Shown here: piece by piece, positions 12,503-25,075 of the stretch
Position numbering within the stretch: position 1 is the first letter of the stretch
Layout of the letters: each line of letters starts with the position of its first letter
Source: Eledone cirrhosa
Lineage: Eukaryota
Assembly: GCA_964016885.1 (NCBI GenBank)
Contig: OZ024760.1
Location: 3,038,001 to 3,102,000 of the forward strand
Direction: 5' to 3'
DNA: 64,000 nucleotides
Position numbers and translations under genes: made by a program
The notes under the pieces: model-generated
Databases searched by the model: none
Seen by the model: only the letters and a program-made list of their open reading frames with translations
Told to the model about the DNA's origin: nothing

Positions 12503-12668
12503 AACTCCAATTCTGCTGCTAATATCCCTCCATAATTTTAGCCCTGATGACTTAAATCTTGTAAAAATGCCTGCTCTTGAGAAACTTCAGCGTTGTGGTG
12601 CTCATTCATCTACTATGCGGCCAGTTTATCCATATAAAAGTCAACCTAATCTGTACAGTATTGTCACA
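12503..12668 (+). CDS. ENPP: ENPP exon 6 (PDE catalytic region): RTPILLLISLHNFSPDDLNLVKMPALEKLQRCGAHSSTMRPVYPYKSQPNLYSIVT
   Basis: ttttcAG acceptor, ACA|GTAAGT donor; aligns to the canonical LLxSLDGF...CG....MRPVYPTKTFPNHYSIVT. Confidence 0.95.
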
Positions 12669-12828
12669 GTAAGTAACCCTTAACACCACAACTACTTTTG
12701 CCTCTAATTCTCCCACAGATTCAGCTATGAGGACTAGGTCATCAGCATACAGGGATTCCCATGGAGTGCCAGTTTAACCTCTTCAGTGCTACGGAGGAGG
12801 TAACTTGTCCTAACATGTTTGAATTCTT

Positions 12829-13066
12829 TTCCAACAGTTCATAACTTCAAAGTCATGAACTCGTTTCCAACAGTTCATAGCTTCAGAGTTATCAACTCGT
12901 TTCCAGCAGTTCATAACTTCAAAGTTATGAACTCGTTTCCAACAATCATAACTTCAAAGTCATGAACTCGTTTCCAGCAGTTCATATCTTCAAAGTTATG
13001 AACTCGTTTCCAACAATCATAACTTCAAAGTTATGAACTTCTTTCCAACAGTTCATAACTTCAAAG
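12829..13066. repeat. 36-bp minisatellite with an internal hairpin, ~6.5 copies
   Basis: Unit TTCCAACAGTTCATAACTTCAAAGTTATGAACTCGT; AGTTCATAACTT/AAGTTATGAACT is self-complementary. Confidence 0.9.
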
Positions 13067-14414
13067 CTAGATGGGGTTACTAGTTTATTGATGTGATGTT
13101 TGTCAATTATTCAAATATGTGTTGTTAATAAATGGCTGTTTAAAAAAATAGTCATTTAACTGAAAAAAAACTCGGCTCAGCAACTGTAGCTGTGTAAAAT
13201 ATATACAGCAGTCAACAGATTAATTTCATTGGAAATCATTACTAAGATATTAACTTTACATTTATTCTTAACCATCTCATCGCTGTATTTCTAATGATAC
13301 ACACTGTTTCAATTAATCAATGAAGAATTTGGGGGGGATTTACTAAAATTATTATTTCATTACTAACTTAACAATTGGTTATTAACCCTTACATGACCAC
13401 CTTTCTAATGGCATTCTCCCTATTTCAATACACTATTGAAGAATTTTGAGAGATTTATTAAAATTGTTTATTGGAAAGGAAGATAAACAAATACCGTGGA
13501 CTGTCCAGCCACTTCTTCTTTGTAGCGGTCGCCATCAAGACCTCAGGCATACTAAAACCCCACACTGTCAAGCTCCTCTACAAGATCAGACCGTCGACAG
13601 CCCATCTGAGGAAGGAGCCCCTTTGTTAAGTTATGTTCCAAAAATCAGCTTAATAATGAGAAAGTTTGGAGTAGTTTAGTAATCTAAACTGCTCCAAGCT
13701 TTATACGGTTTCCATTAGAAATATGGTATCGAAAAGGGTTAGTCTAGACATAAACGAATCTCAGAGGATTCTACATTTCTTAGTCATGGTGGATTATGAC
13801 ACTTCTTGAAAACGTATTTCATACAGCTCAACACTTTAGCATTTAAACCAGCCATATCTGGCCAGAATTCTCTCACCTCTTTCTGTTCAAACTGGCCGTA
13901 ACCAGTCACTCATACTGACGTTAAGGTGTTGTTCTCAAAATAAATAATATCAAAATCTTGTAGATTCGATATTATGTGAGATAATTTTGTGAGGTAAAGC
14001 CAAGAAAATACAATAGTATATATAGAGTTATGTAATTGTTAAAAGGTTAATGTATATCCACATGTATATACATGCCCACACATATTTTCATGTGCAAAAC
14101 AGTAGTTTAGTTTGTCATATTGGCTACGAGAATTGTATCTATTTGTTTACATATCATGTCATATCACATTGAAATATCCAACATATTAGTGAATATTCAT
14201 AAATGTATAGAATATTAATATCTTTGGCAAATTAAAAAACACACATTCTTTTACTAGAGTTCTATTGATTAGTTTGTGAGACACCAATACATGATGAAAC
14301 ACTGCTACGTGATAGTTTCCATGTATTGCTGGTGTTAGTATTCATGTTTGTGTGGTTGTGTGTATTAAAACTAAGTTACCAGTAGAGGTAGCAACAGTTT
14401 TTAGTACATGGTAT

Positions 14415-15560
14415 ACAGTGGTAGTGCTGATGCCAAAATATAATACACCCAGTATACTCTGTAAAGTGGTGGTGCTGATGCCATAATAAAATATACCCAG
14501 TACACTCTATAAGGTGGTAATACTGGTGTCACAATGAAATGTACCCAGTACACTCTGTAAAGTGGTAGTGCTGATGCCACAATAACATACACCCAGTACA
14601 CTCTGTAAAGTGGTAGTGCTGATGCCACAATAACATACACCCAGTACACTCTGTAAAGTGGTAGTGCTGATGCCACAATAACATACACCCAGTACACTCT
14701 GTAAAGTGGTGGTGCTGATGCCACAATAACATACACCCAGTACACTCTGTAAAGTGGTGGTGCTGATGCCACAATAACATACACTCAGTACACTCTGTAA
14801 AGTGGTAGTGCTGATGCCACAATAACATACACCCAGTACACTCTGTAAAGTGGAAGTGCTGATGCCACAATAACATACACCCAGTACACTCTGTAAAGTG
14901 GTAGTGCTGATGTCACAATAACATACACCCAGTACACTCTGTAAAGTGGTAGTGCTGATGCCACAATAACATACACTCAGTACACTCTGTAAAGTGGTAG
15001 TGCTGATGCCACAATAACATACACCCAGTACACTCTGTAAAGTGGTGGTGCTGATGCCACAATAACATACACCCAGTACACTCTGTAAAGTGGTGGTGCT
15101 GATGCCACAATAACATACACCCAGTACACTCTGTAAAGTGGTAGTGCTGATACCACAATAACATACACCCAGTACACTCTGTAAAGTGGTGGTGCTGATG
15201 CCACAATAACATACACCCAGTACACTCTGTAAAGTGGTAGTGCTGATGCCACAATAACATATACCCAGTACACTCTGTAAAGTGGTAGTGCTGATGCCAC
15301 AATAACATACACCCAGTACACTCTGTAAAGTGGTAGTGCTGATACCACAATAACATACACCCAGTACACTCTGTAAAGTGGTGGTGCTGATGCCACAATA
15401 ACATACACCCAGTACACTCTGTAAAGTGGTAGTGCTGATGCCACAATAACATACACCCAGTACACTCTGTAAAGTGGTAGTGCTGATACCACAATAACAT
15501 ACACTCAGTACACTCTGTAAAGTGGTGGTGCTGATGCCACAACAAAATATACCCAGCATA
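14415..15560. repeat. 48-bp minisatellite, ~24 copies
   Basis: Unit ACCCAGTACACTCTGTAAAGTGGTAGTGCTGATGCCACAATAACATAC. Confidence 0.95.
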
Positions 15561-15835
15561 TGTAAATATGGTTGGCATTATGGCATTAGGAAGGGCATCC
15601 AGCATAGAGCCCTAGCCAAAATATAGTCCTATATGAGTAAGACACAGTCACCTGATCTAACTTACCTCAAATGGGACGACCCACCTAACCCATGCCAGTG
15701 TGGAAAATGGATGTTAAATGATGATGATGATGATGATGATGGTGATCATACTCTGTAAAGTGGTGGTGCTGATGCCACAATGAAATATACCCAGTATGCT
15801 CTGTAAAGTGGTAGAACTGATGCATCAATAAAATG

Positions 15836-15866
<31 letters not shown>

Positions 15867-17004
15867 TTGTGTCCTGTAACTTAGCAGTTAGACAAAAAAG
15901 AGATTGATAAAATGAGGACCAGACTTGGAATAAGAAGAAATGTTTGTGTAAATATTATCAACAAGAATCCCTTTAAGGCTGTGCTCCAGCATGACCACAG
16001 TCTAATCGCTGAAAACCATTAAAAGAATATATTATATATTAATATGGAAACCAGTATGATTTTACATCTCTTTGTAAAACCTTGTTTGGCAAAATTTGGC
16101 AATATATATTAGTCTTCCATTTTTACTAATTTGTACAAAGCATACATTATATACATTTGTTCCAAGCTTTATACTATTTACACACGAGATATGTGATAAT
16201 GTTGCCAGTGAGATATTTTGTGTATAAACCAACAAATGTTCTTTTTTTTTCTTTTTCTGGAAATAATGTAAATAATAATGATTGTTTCTATATCTGGTAC
16301 AAGGCCAGCAATTTGAAGAGAAGAGGAAAGTTGATTAACCCATTAGCATTTACATTACATTACTCTATATATACTATTGTATTTTCATGGCAAAGACTTT
16401 ACCTCACATAATTATCTTACATAATATTGAATCTATGAGATTTTGATATTATTTATTTTGAGAACAATACCTTAAAGCTGGTATAAGGGGCAAGTTATGG
16501 CCGGTTTCACACAGAAAGAGGGAAAGAATTCTTGACGGATATGGCCGATTTAAATGTTAAAAGGTTAAGCCTTCATTTCACATTGCATTTCATGGTAGGA
16601 ACTAGGACCCCCAATGATTACCAACAAACCTCGTTGGAAGCCAGTTAACCCATTAGCAATTACATTACCCTATATTTACTATTGTATTTTCACGTTGAAC
16701 ATTTTACTTCACATAATTATCTAACATAATGAGATTTTGATATTATTCATTTTGAGAACAATACCTTAAAGTTAGTATGAGGAGCCAATTATGGCCGGTT
16801 TGAACAGAAAGAGGTGAGAGAATTCTGGCCAGATATGGCTGGTTTAAATGTTAAAGGGTTAAATGGACCATAGTGCATTACTGGTACTTTGTTTTATTGA
16901 CCCCGTAACGAGGAAAGGCAAAACTAATGCACTGGGGTCGATTTACTCAGCTTTCCCCTCCCCCGAAATTGCTGGCCTTGTGTCTAGATCAGAACCATTA
17001 TTGC

Positions 17005-17260
17005 ACTTTCCTCTTGAAAAGGAAAATCAGGGTGGAGATTCCAACCAGATGGGGTAGAGTGGTAAGCATGGTCCGAATGAATGAGCCTGCTCTGGGTATG
17101 CGCTTGTCAATTGAAGGAGGACATCTGGGAGATGGCATGTGCCCTAGCAATCAAAGTTACCATGGTGTTTTATGGGCTTTCTCCATGAGTGACCCTCAGA
17201 GGTCTCCATCCCCCACCCTTTTTGTTTGTTTGATTTTTAAATGTTTATTTTTTTTTAGTT
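17005..17260 (+). mobile_element. Tx1/L1-like LINE 3' fragment
   Basis: LKRKIRVE...RWGRVVSMVRM ORF end, then a 3' UTR related to 60081-60337. Confidence 0.5.
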
Positions 17261-17449
17261 TTTGTTACAACATTTTTACACACAAAAACCCACTCTTAAT
17301 TATCCTGTTCCATATTTATTTATGGACAGGAGAAATTAATTAGCAGGTGGATAAAAATTTTAATTTTATGTGCCTTACCTATTAGGTTTGTTACAAATAT
17401 TATCCAATAATGACCTAGATGTTGACTTCCAACAATTTCAGCACTTTTC

Positions 17450-17925
17450 TGAACAGGTGAATTAATTTAAAACGCAGGTATAATCAGTACAAGGTTTTAG
17501 TCTTTCTCTACATTCCATGTAAATATTTTCATTTAAAAAGAGCATAAAACCCTTCCACCAGTCAAAATAATGTTGGCAATGTACTCTTACACAATGTACT
17601 CTTACACAATGTACTGGGTAGATTTACATAACAGAATGTGCCGAATATATAAATTCATTAACAGGTGTGATGCAGGGGTTTTCGCATATAATGTGTTCCA
17701 ATATTTTTTTTTTAAATATTTTTTTCAATATTGTCAGACAATTGGCCAAAACACCCTCTACATATTGGCAAAAGGAACGCATAAAAGAAGTTTTGATTTG
17801 GTAACCTTCAGTGGTTTTTCTCTTTTGCAAAGAACACATTTGGCAAACCTTTTTCCTCCCATTAATTTTCTCTACGTGATATATTGAGCTTCTGAGATCA
17901 GGGACTGATCTGAGACCATGCTTCA
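17450..17925 (-). mobile_element. piggyBac transposase C-terminal Cys-rich remnant
   Basis: H..KINGRKKVCQMCSLQKRKTTEGYQIKTSF..SFC, typical of the PGBD4 C-terminal domain. Confidence 0.6.
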
Positions 17926-17975
17926 CCTAGCAACAAATTACAAGAGAAACTTTCAAAAGGGGAAAAAAAAATATT

Positions 17976-18006
<31 letters not shown>

Positions 18007-18442
18007 TCCCTGCCATCATCATCATCATCATCATTGTCATCATCTCTACCATTATCATCATCACTATCACCACCACCGCCATCATCATCACCACCACCAC
18101 CACCATCAACATCATCATCATTGTCATCATCTCTACCATTATCATCATCACTATCACCACCACCACCATCATCATCACCACCACCACCACCACCACCACT
18201 ATCATCAACATCATCATCATCATCCACACCCCACTAGCATGGAAAAACACGTACATTAACCCTTTAGCATGTACATTACTCTATATTTACTGTTATATTT
18301 TCACAGTGCCTTTCATGCATACAGGGTCGATAAAATAAAGTACCAGTAATGTACTGGGATAATTGCTGGCCTTGTGCAGAAACAATTATTTATTTTGAGA
18401 ACAATACCTTAACATTAGCATGAGTGGCCGGTTACAGCCAGT

Positions 18443-18715
18443 TTAACCCTTTAGCATTTACTTTACTCTATATTTACTATTATATTTTCATGGTAAAGGC
18501 TTTACCTCGCATAATTATCTCACATAATATCGAATCTATGAGATTTTGAAAGTATTTATTTTAAGAAGAATACCTTAACATCAGTATGAGTGGCCAGTTA
18601 CAGCCAGTTTGAACAGAAAGAAGTGAGAGAATTCTGGCCAGTTTTCGCCGGTTTGAACAGAAAAATATGAGAGAATTCTGGCCGGATGTGGCTGGTTTAG
18701 ATGCTAAAGGGTTAA
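18443..18715. mobile_element. piggyBac-type MITE (TTAA-CCCTTTAGCATTTA...TAAATGCTAAAGGG-TTAA)
   Basis: Terminal inverted repeats with TTAA; other copies at about 6391-6480, 9040-9274, 13834-14050, 16335-16568, 16646-16862, 18256-18442, 51763-52412, 54030-54252. Confidence 0.82.
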
Positions 18716-18762
18716 ATGATGACCCCCTATCAATATAATGAACATTATTTCTGTAATTTCAG

Positions 18763-18873
18763 GGTTTGTATCCAGAATCACATGGCATTATTGATGAGGA
18801 AATGTATGATCCAGTGGAAAACAAATCTTTTAAAGCCACAACCAATGAATCTTTCTGGTGGGGAGGAGACCCA
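18763..18873 (+). CDS. ENPP: ENPP exon 7 (PDE): [37 protein letters not shown]
   Basis: tttcAG acceptor, CCA|GTTAGT donor; [10 protein letters not shown] motif. Confidence 0.95.
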
Positions 18874-18917
18874 GTTAGTATTAACCGATATATTTTTTAT
18901 TATTATTATTATTATAT

Positions 18918-20650
18918 GAGGGCAGTGGATTGGGAGTATCGGTAGAGAGTCGGACACCATGCTTTGAAACACAGAGTTACGTCCCTTTACGATCTGAGTT
19001 CAAATCCCGCCGAGATTAACTTTACCTTTCATCCTTACGGTGTCGATAAAATAAAGTACCAGTAATACACTGGGTAATTGCTGGGCTTGTGCCAAAAGTA
19101 GAAACAATTATTATTATCCTCAGTGGATAATAATAATAAAGGGCGGTGGACTGGCAGTATCGGTAGAGGGTTGGATCGGACGCCATGCTTTGAAGCATAG
19201 AGTTACGGCCCTTGCCATTCTGAGTTCAAATGCCGCTGAGGTTAACTTTACCTTTCATCCTTACGGGGTCGATAAAATAAAGTACAGTAATACACTGGGT
19301 AATTGCTGGCCTTGTGCCAAAAGTAGAAACAATAATTGTTATTATCCGTTGCCTTTGCTCCCAAGTTTCAACCAGAAACAAATAAAGCAGTTAGGATATA
19401 TACTGGAATATATGCTGAGGAATATGTGACCAAATAATTGATGGTAGAATGGGAAAGGGATCAGCTTATATACGTCATCTAAACATTATCTTGATTAGCT
19501 CCCTTGGCTTATAAACAGGGTTTGGATTTTAGCCCATTTCTCAGATATAAAACTGACTTTTATCAGATCGGCTTATCTTTGAGTATATATAGTATTTATC
19601 TGATGCTCTACCGATTCTGCTGATTCGCCACCACCAAATTAATATTAGAAACAATATTTTTTTGATATTTGAATTTTTTATTTATTCTTTTTTTTTTATT
19701 AGATATGGGATGTCGCTGAAAAGCAAAACAAAACGTCATCAGTTTACTTTTGGCCAGGATTCAGTAAGTATTTTAAATATTTTATTATGCCATAATAACG
19801 AGGTGAAGGCATGCAGCCTAGTGGTAAGTGCACAGAGTAGAAATTATTATTGGATTGGCAGTATCGGTAGAGAGTCGGACTCCATGCTTTCCAACATAGA
19901 GTTAGTTACGTCCCTTTACGATCTGAGTTCAAATCCCGCCGAGGTTAACTTTGCTTTTCATCCTTACGGGATGGGGGGGGGCGGTCGATAAAATAAAGTA
20001 CCAGTAATACACTGGGATAATTGCTGGCCTTGTGCCAAAAGTAGAAACAATTATTATTGGTGATGTCTTGGCAGAATCATTTGAACATCAGACAAAACTG
20101 TTTATAGTCTTTGTTTCAGCCATTTATGCTTGGAGTCTAAATCCTGCTGGGGTTAGCGTTGCCTTTCATCTTTATGGGAGTTGGGGAGGTCGATAAAATA
20201 AAGTACCAGTAATGCACTGGGATCGATTTAATTGACTTTCCCCTCCCTCAAAATTGCTGGCCTTGTGCCTAACTCAGAAACTATTATTATTAATTGTTTC
20301 TTTCATCCTTACGGGATCAATAAAATAAAGTACCAGTAATGCACTGGGTAATTGCTGGCCTTGTGCCTAAAGTAGAAACAATTATTAATTGTTTCTATTA
20401 TTATTAATATTATGCAAGGTTAACTTTGCCTTTCATCCTTACGGGGTCGATAAAATAAAGTACCAGTAATGCACTGGGTAATTGCTGGCCTTGTGCCTAA
20501 AGTAGAAACAATTATTAATTGTTTCTATTATTATTAATATTATACAAGGTTAACTTTGCCTTTCATCCTTACGGGGTCGATAAAATAAAGTACCAGTAAT
20601 GCACTGGGATAATTGCTGGCCTTGTGCCTAAAGTAGAAACAATTATTAAT
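18918..20650 (+). mobile_element. Cluster of tRNA-derived SINEs (family C, Nin/Deu-like central domain) on both sides of exon 8
   Basis: A-box TGGCAGTATCGG, B-box GAGTTCAAATCC, GCCTTTCATCCTTACGGGGTCGATAAAAT core, TTGCTGGCCTTGTGCC..AAGTAGAAAC(AATT) tail; full copies at about 18918, 19141, 19850, 20066 and tandem 3' halves at 20300-20650. Confidence 0.85.
19703..19763 (+). CDS. ENPP: ENPP exon 8 (PDE): IWDVAEKQNKTSSVYFWPGF
   Basis: T-tract plus AG acceptor, A|GTAAGT donor; IW..A..Q......FWPG motif. Confidence 0.92.
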
Positions 20651-20815
20651 ATTATACAATCATTAAACCACAAAATTTATATGGTATTTCTAGTGTTCTT
20701 GGGAGAATTGGTAAATATCACGACTGTCTGCTGGTACTACTGCTGCTACTATTACTACTACTACTACTACTACTACTATCACCACTATTACTACTACTAC
20801 TACCACCACCACTAT

Positions 20816-20852
<37 letters not shown>

Positions 20853-20854
20853 TT

Positions 20855-21412
20855 CTAAGCCTGCTTTTTGGCCTTAATTGACTCCTCCACCTTACTGTTC
20901 CACCACCATGTTACTCTCCTCCTGCCTATAGGCCTGCTCCAGCCACAGACTTTGTCTGCCGCCATCAGCAGGTTTGCTTTCAGGAATTCCCACTGTTCCT
21001 CTATATTGTACGACTCTAAGTGCTCTTCCTTACTGTCGAAAGCATAAAGTAATATGCTTTGAAATTTATTTCTGGCTGTGGGGTCCTTTAGCTTCCATAT
21101 TTTTCTCCTGAGGATAGTCCTCTTCTGTTGTCGAGTACTTCTCGTCCTGACTATGAGGTCGCTAATTATCAGTCTATGTTGGGAGGTGCATTCTTCATGG
21201 GGGAGGGATTTAGTGTTTACAACAGACACTCTGTCACGTCTTCTGGTAAGGATATAATCTACCTGGCTGGTATGTTCCCTGATCTATAGGTGATCAAGTG
21301 ATTGTCTCGTTTTTTGAAGTTAGTGTTACAGATAGTTAGGTTATTTGCGTCACAGAATTCCAGGATTCTGGAGCCTTCCACATTTCTAGTACCAAACCCA
21401 TAGCCTCCGTGT
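20855..21412 (-). mobile_element. RTE LINE endonuclease/linker fragment
   Basis: GFG.RN.EG..IL.FC...NL...NT.F, QVDYIL, SQHRL, TWWWN motifs on the minus strand. Confidence 0.8.
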
Positions 21413-22028
21413 ATATATATATATCTGATGAGGGACTCATTTTATAACATGTTATCCATGTGCAACCATGCAGTATTCTTCTCCCCATATTTTTCACATA
21501 TATTTACCTAAACTGCGATTCTGTTTTTCTCTCTCTCTCTCTTACTGCTCCCTCGTTCTCTCTGTTTCTCTTACTTTTTTTCGTCCCCTCTGTCATGTCA
21601 GTTAACACTTTCTCTCTACTGACCTCTTCCTCGCACTTCCACTCACTCACTCACTCACTGTTTCTCCCCTTCTCACTTCCCCCCGTTCGCTGCGAAAACG
21701 ATTTTCCTTCTTTCTTGCATCGGATTCATCGCGAAAGGTCTATTTTCTACTCGCTCATATATTCACCCAGCTTATACTGATAGAATAACTATGTAGCTTG
21801 TGTTTCTTCCTATCTTCGGTTAGCTTTCCCCTGTGTTGTTTACTTGTCTCACTCGCTTTACGCGTTTTAATTGTCCTAATAACTTATTTTAGTTATTATT
21901 GCACCAACGTGAGGTATATGATTTTTAATGCAATGAAATACCAATGACCGTTGGCAAATCACTGATGAGGGACTCATTTTATAACATGTTATCCATGTGC
22001 AACCATGCAATATTCTTCTCCCCATATT

Positions 22029-22067
<39 letters not shown>

Positions 22068-22475
22068 TACATATAGGAAAATGTTAAACCCCGATGGCAG
22101 AGCTCAAGCCATTTCGATGGCTATTTCTGGACTGAACAGTCCAGAAATAGCCGTCGAAACGGATATGGCCAGTTTAAATGCTAAAGGGTTAAAACAGTCA
22201 AATGCTCTCAATGACAGCGTTGGATAAAAATGCCTCAGAGGACAGAAATCAGTGGCCATTGGTTAGTAGAGAGACAATCCCATGGATTGGCAGCATTTGG
22301 CTGTTTTAACAGCTGTTCTTGTGTTGAGTTTTCTCATTATTCTATGAATTCAAATATACTCATACGTAAATGGATGTTACTAGATGCCAGAAAGTTTGTT
22401 GTCCAATACTCTACCAATACTGCCAATCCTTCTATATATTAAAAATAATGGTTCCTTTTAAATTTCGAATTCCAG

Positions 22476-22509
22476 AAGATAAGAAGACAGGAAACAGGAT
22501 TTATGAAAG
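22476..22509 (+). CDS. ENPP: ENPP exon 9 (34-nt small exon): KDKKTGNRIYE
   Basis: ttccAG acceptor, AG|GTAAGC donor; supplies the phase 1-to-2 shift needed between exons 8 and 10; little sequence similarity on its own. Confidence 0.7.
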
Positions 22510-23169
22510 GTAAGCATTTTTGTTTTCATACATTTGTTTCTTCATATATCCTAGGAAGGACATCTGCTTCTATGTCAGCCTAGATCAGTGGCAAGCAAAA
22601 GTTTGGTAATTCCTAGCCCCAACTCTATTATTGTATGCCCCTAAAAACCAAACATAGGCCTAGTGCTAAGAAATGCAAGCCAGGCTCAGCAAAATATGTT
22701 GGTGAAATTCCCATGGCTAACTCCATTATTGTATGCCCTTAAAGGCTAAAACATAGGCCTATTACTAAGAAAAGTGAGCCAGGCACAGCAAAATATGTAA
22801 TTTATTACAATCCCTTTGAAAAAGTCTTTGTTTGATGTTCAGTGTTAAGTGTCATTGATCAATAACCTATGACACCAGCCAGCTTTAAGATTCACAGTCA
22901 TCCAGATTGTTCCACTAAGTTTAATACTAGATATTAATTTGTAGTGGATGCATGCAAGAGAAAAACTTGAATGTGTAGAAATCAGAAGGCCAGGAGAAAA
23001 CGATCTATTTAATAACAGCAGGCAAAGAAGACTACAAATTATAATCTCTTTTTATTTGCACTACCTAAGAGCATTTCATTACTATATTTTTAATGGAATA
23101 TATTAACTATGGTTTTCCATTATTAAGCCAGTATTTGGAACCTTACAAAGGTTCATAATAGTGATAATA

Positions 23170-24030
23170 CTGATTTCTAGTATAGGCAGAAGGCCAGTAA
23201 TTCGAGGTGAGGAGAAAGTCGATTAAATCGACCTCAGTGCGTGACTGGTATTTATTTTATCGACGCCATAAGGATGAAAGGCAAAGTTAACCTCAGTGGG
23301 TTTTGTCATAATAGTAATAATTGTTTCTACTTTAGGCACAAGGCCAGCAATTACCCAGTGCATTACTGGTACTTTATTTTATCGACCCCATAAGGATGAA
23401 AGGCAAAGTTAACCTCAGTGGGTTTTGTCATAATAGTAATAATTGTTTCTACTTTAGGCACAAGGCCAGCAATTACCCAGTGCATTACTGGTACTTTATT
23501 TTATCGACCCCATAAGGATGAAAGGCAAAGTTAACCTCAGCGGGTTTTGTCATAATAGTAATAACTGTTTCTACTTTAGGCACAAGGTCAGCAATTACCC
23601 AGTGCATTACTGGTACTTTATTTTATCGACCCCATAAGGATGAAAGGCAAAGTTAACCTCGGCGGGATTTGAACTCAGTAATAATGGTTTCTTATATAGG
23701 CACAAGGCCATCAATTTTGGGGGAGGGGGAAAGTGAATTAAATCGCCCCAGTGCGTGACTGGGACTTTATTTTATCGACCTGGTAAGGGTGAAAGGCAAA
23801 GTTAACCTCAACAGGTTAACTTTGCCTTTCATCCTTACGGGGTCGATAAAATAAAGTACCAGTAATGCATTGGGTATTTGCTGGCCTTGTATCAAATGTA
23901 GAAACAATTAATATTATTATTATCATTATTATTATTATAGCATTAGACAAATGCAGTATTGGTAGAGCGTTGGACACCATGCTTTGCAGCATAGAGTTAT
24001 GTCCCCTTCCTTCTGAGTTCAAATCCTGGA
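23170..24030. mobile_element. Tandem array of family C SINE 3' halves (~119-bp unit, minus strand), followed by + strand pieces
   Basis: Repeated ttgtttctactttaggcacaaggccagc...aaaggcaaagttaacctc. Further family C copies at about 36592-36782, 54291-54478, 58620-59050, 59492-59590, 61841-61960, 62295-62395. Confidence 0.82.
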
Positions 24031-24639
24031 TGATGCATTTCAAACTAATCCGGTCATAATTCATTTTAGTGCAGTTTGGGTTGATTAAAGTTCAAGAAGG
24101 AATTTAAAATTAATTAAATCTACCAGATAAACTAACAGATTAGATAAATATCTATTCCACCTCTAATTAACAATGAACAAATAATCATGGGAGAGAGAGG
24201 GATTGGGGATTGGGTGGGGAGGTGTTAAATGAGATCTTACCTGTAGTCTCCAAGTAAGTTTACCTGTAATCTCAGTGAAAAATCTTAAAAGACCTGCTAA
24301 TTATTTTTATCTTATTGCTTCGTACAACATGCATATTTTAATTGTCAATGTTAGCCAGAGCCAACACCAACTAACATGGAAGATCTTTGCAAGAGTTTAT
24401 TGATTCTTGAGATGATATTGGAAAAAAATTAAATTCTTATCTGATTCTGCAACAATCTATATAAAAATTTCTGCGATTCTGTCACAACACGTAAAGAGAG
24501 AGGAGTAGTTTGACTACCTCATACTACTCCTCTCTCTCTTTACGTCTGCTGCCTGCGTGAATGTATGTGTGTGTAAAAGGAAGGGAGGGGATGGTGAAAA
24601 AACTATAGCAAAATAGCGGCTGGTGTTTCATTTGTTATG

Positions 24640-25075
24640 TTGTGTATGTGTGTATGTGTTTGCGTGAATGTATTTGTGTTTGTGTGAATGTGTGTATGTG
24701 TTTGCGTGAATGTATTTGTGTTTGTGTGAATGTATGTGTGTGTTTGTGTGAATGTAAATGTGTGTTTGTGTGAATGTATTTGTGTTTGTGTGAATGTATG
24801 TGTGTGTTTGTGTGAATGTATTTGTGCTTGTGTGAATGTATGTGTGTGTTTGTGTGAATGTGTGTGTTTGTGTGAATTTATGCGTGTGTTTGTGTGAATG
24901 TATGTGTGTATTTGCGTGAATGTATTTGTGTTTGTGTGAATGTATGTGTATGTTTGTGTGAATGTGTGTGTTTGTGTGAATTTATGTGTATGTGTGTGTG
25001 AATGTATGTGTGTGTTTGTGTGAATTTATGTGTGTGTTTGTGTGAATGTATGTCTGTGAGTATGTATTTTTGTAA
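24640..25075. repeat. ~20-bp GT-rich minisatellite (TGTGTGAATGTATTTGTGTT)
   Basis: Visible directly. Confidence 0.85.

Noticed and set aside
12829-13066. CRISPR-like 36-bp palindromic repeats
   Set aside because: No unique spacers, no cas genes, eukaryotic intron.
14401-15605. Cys-rich repetitive ORFs on the minus strand
   Set aside because: Translations of a 48-bp minisatellite derived from a retroposon tail.
17898-18259. Poly-His or poly-Asp/Gly ORFs
   Set aside because: (CAT/CAC)n microsatellite with no splice or homology support.
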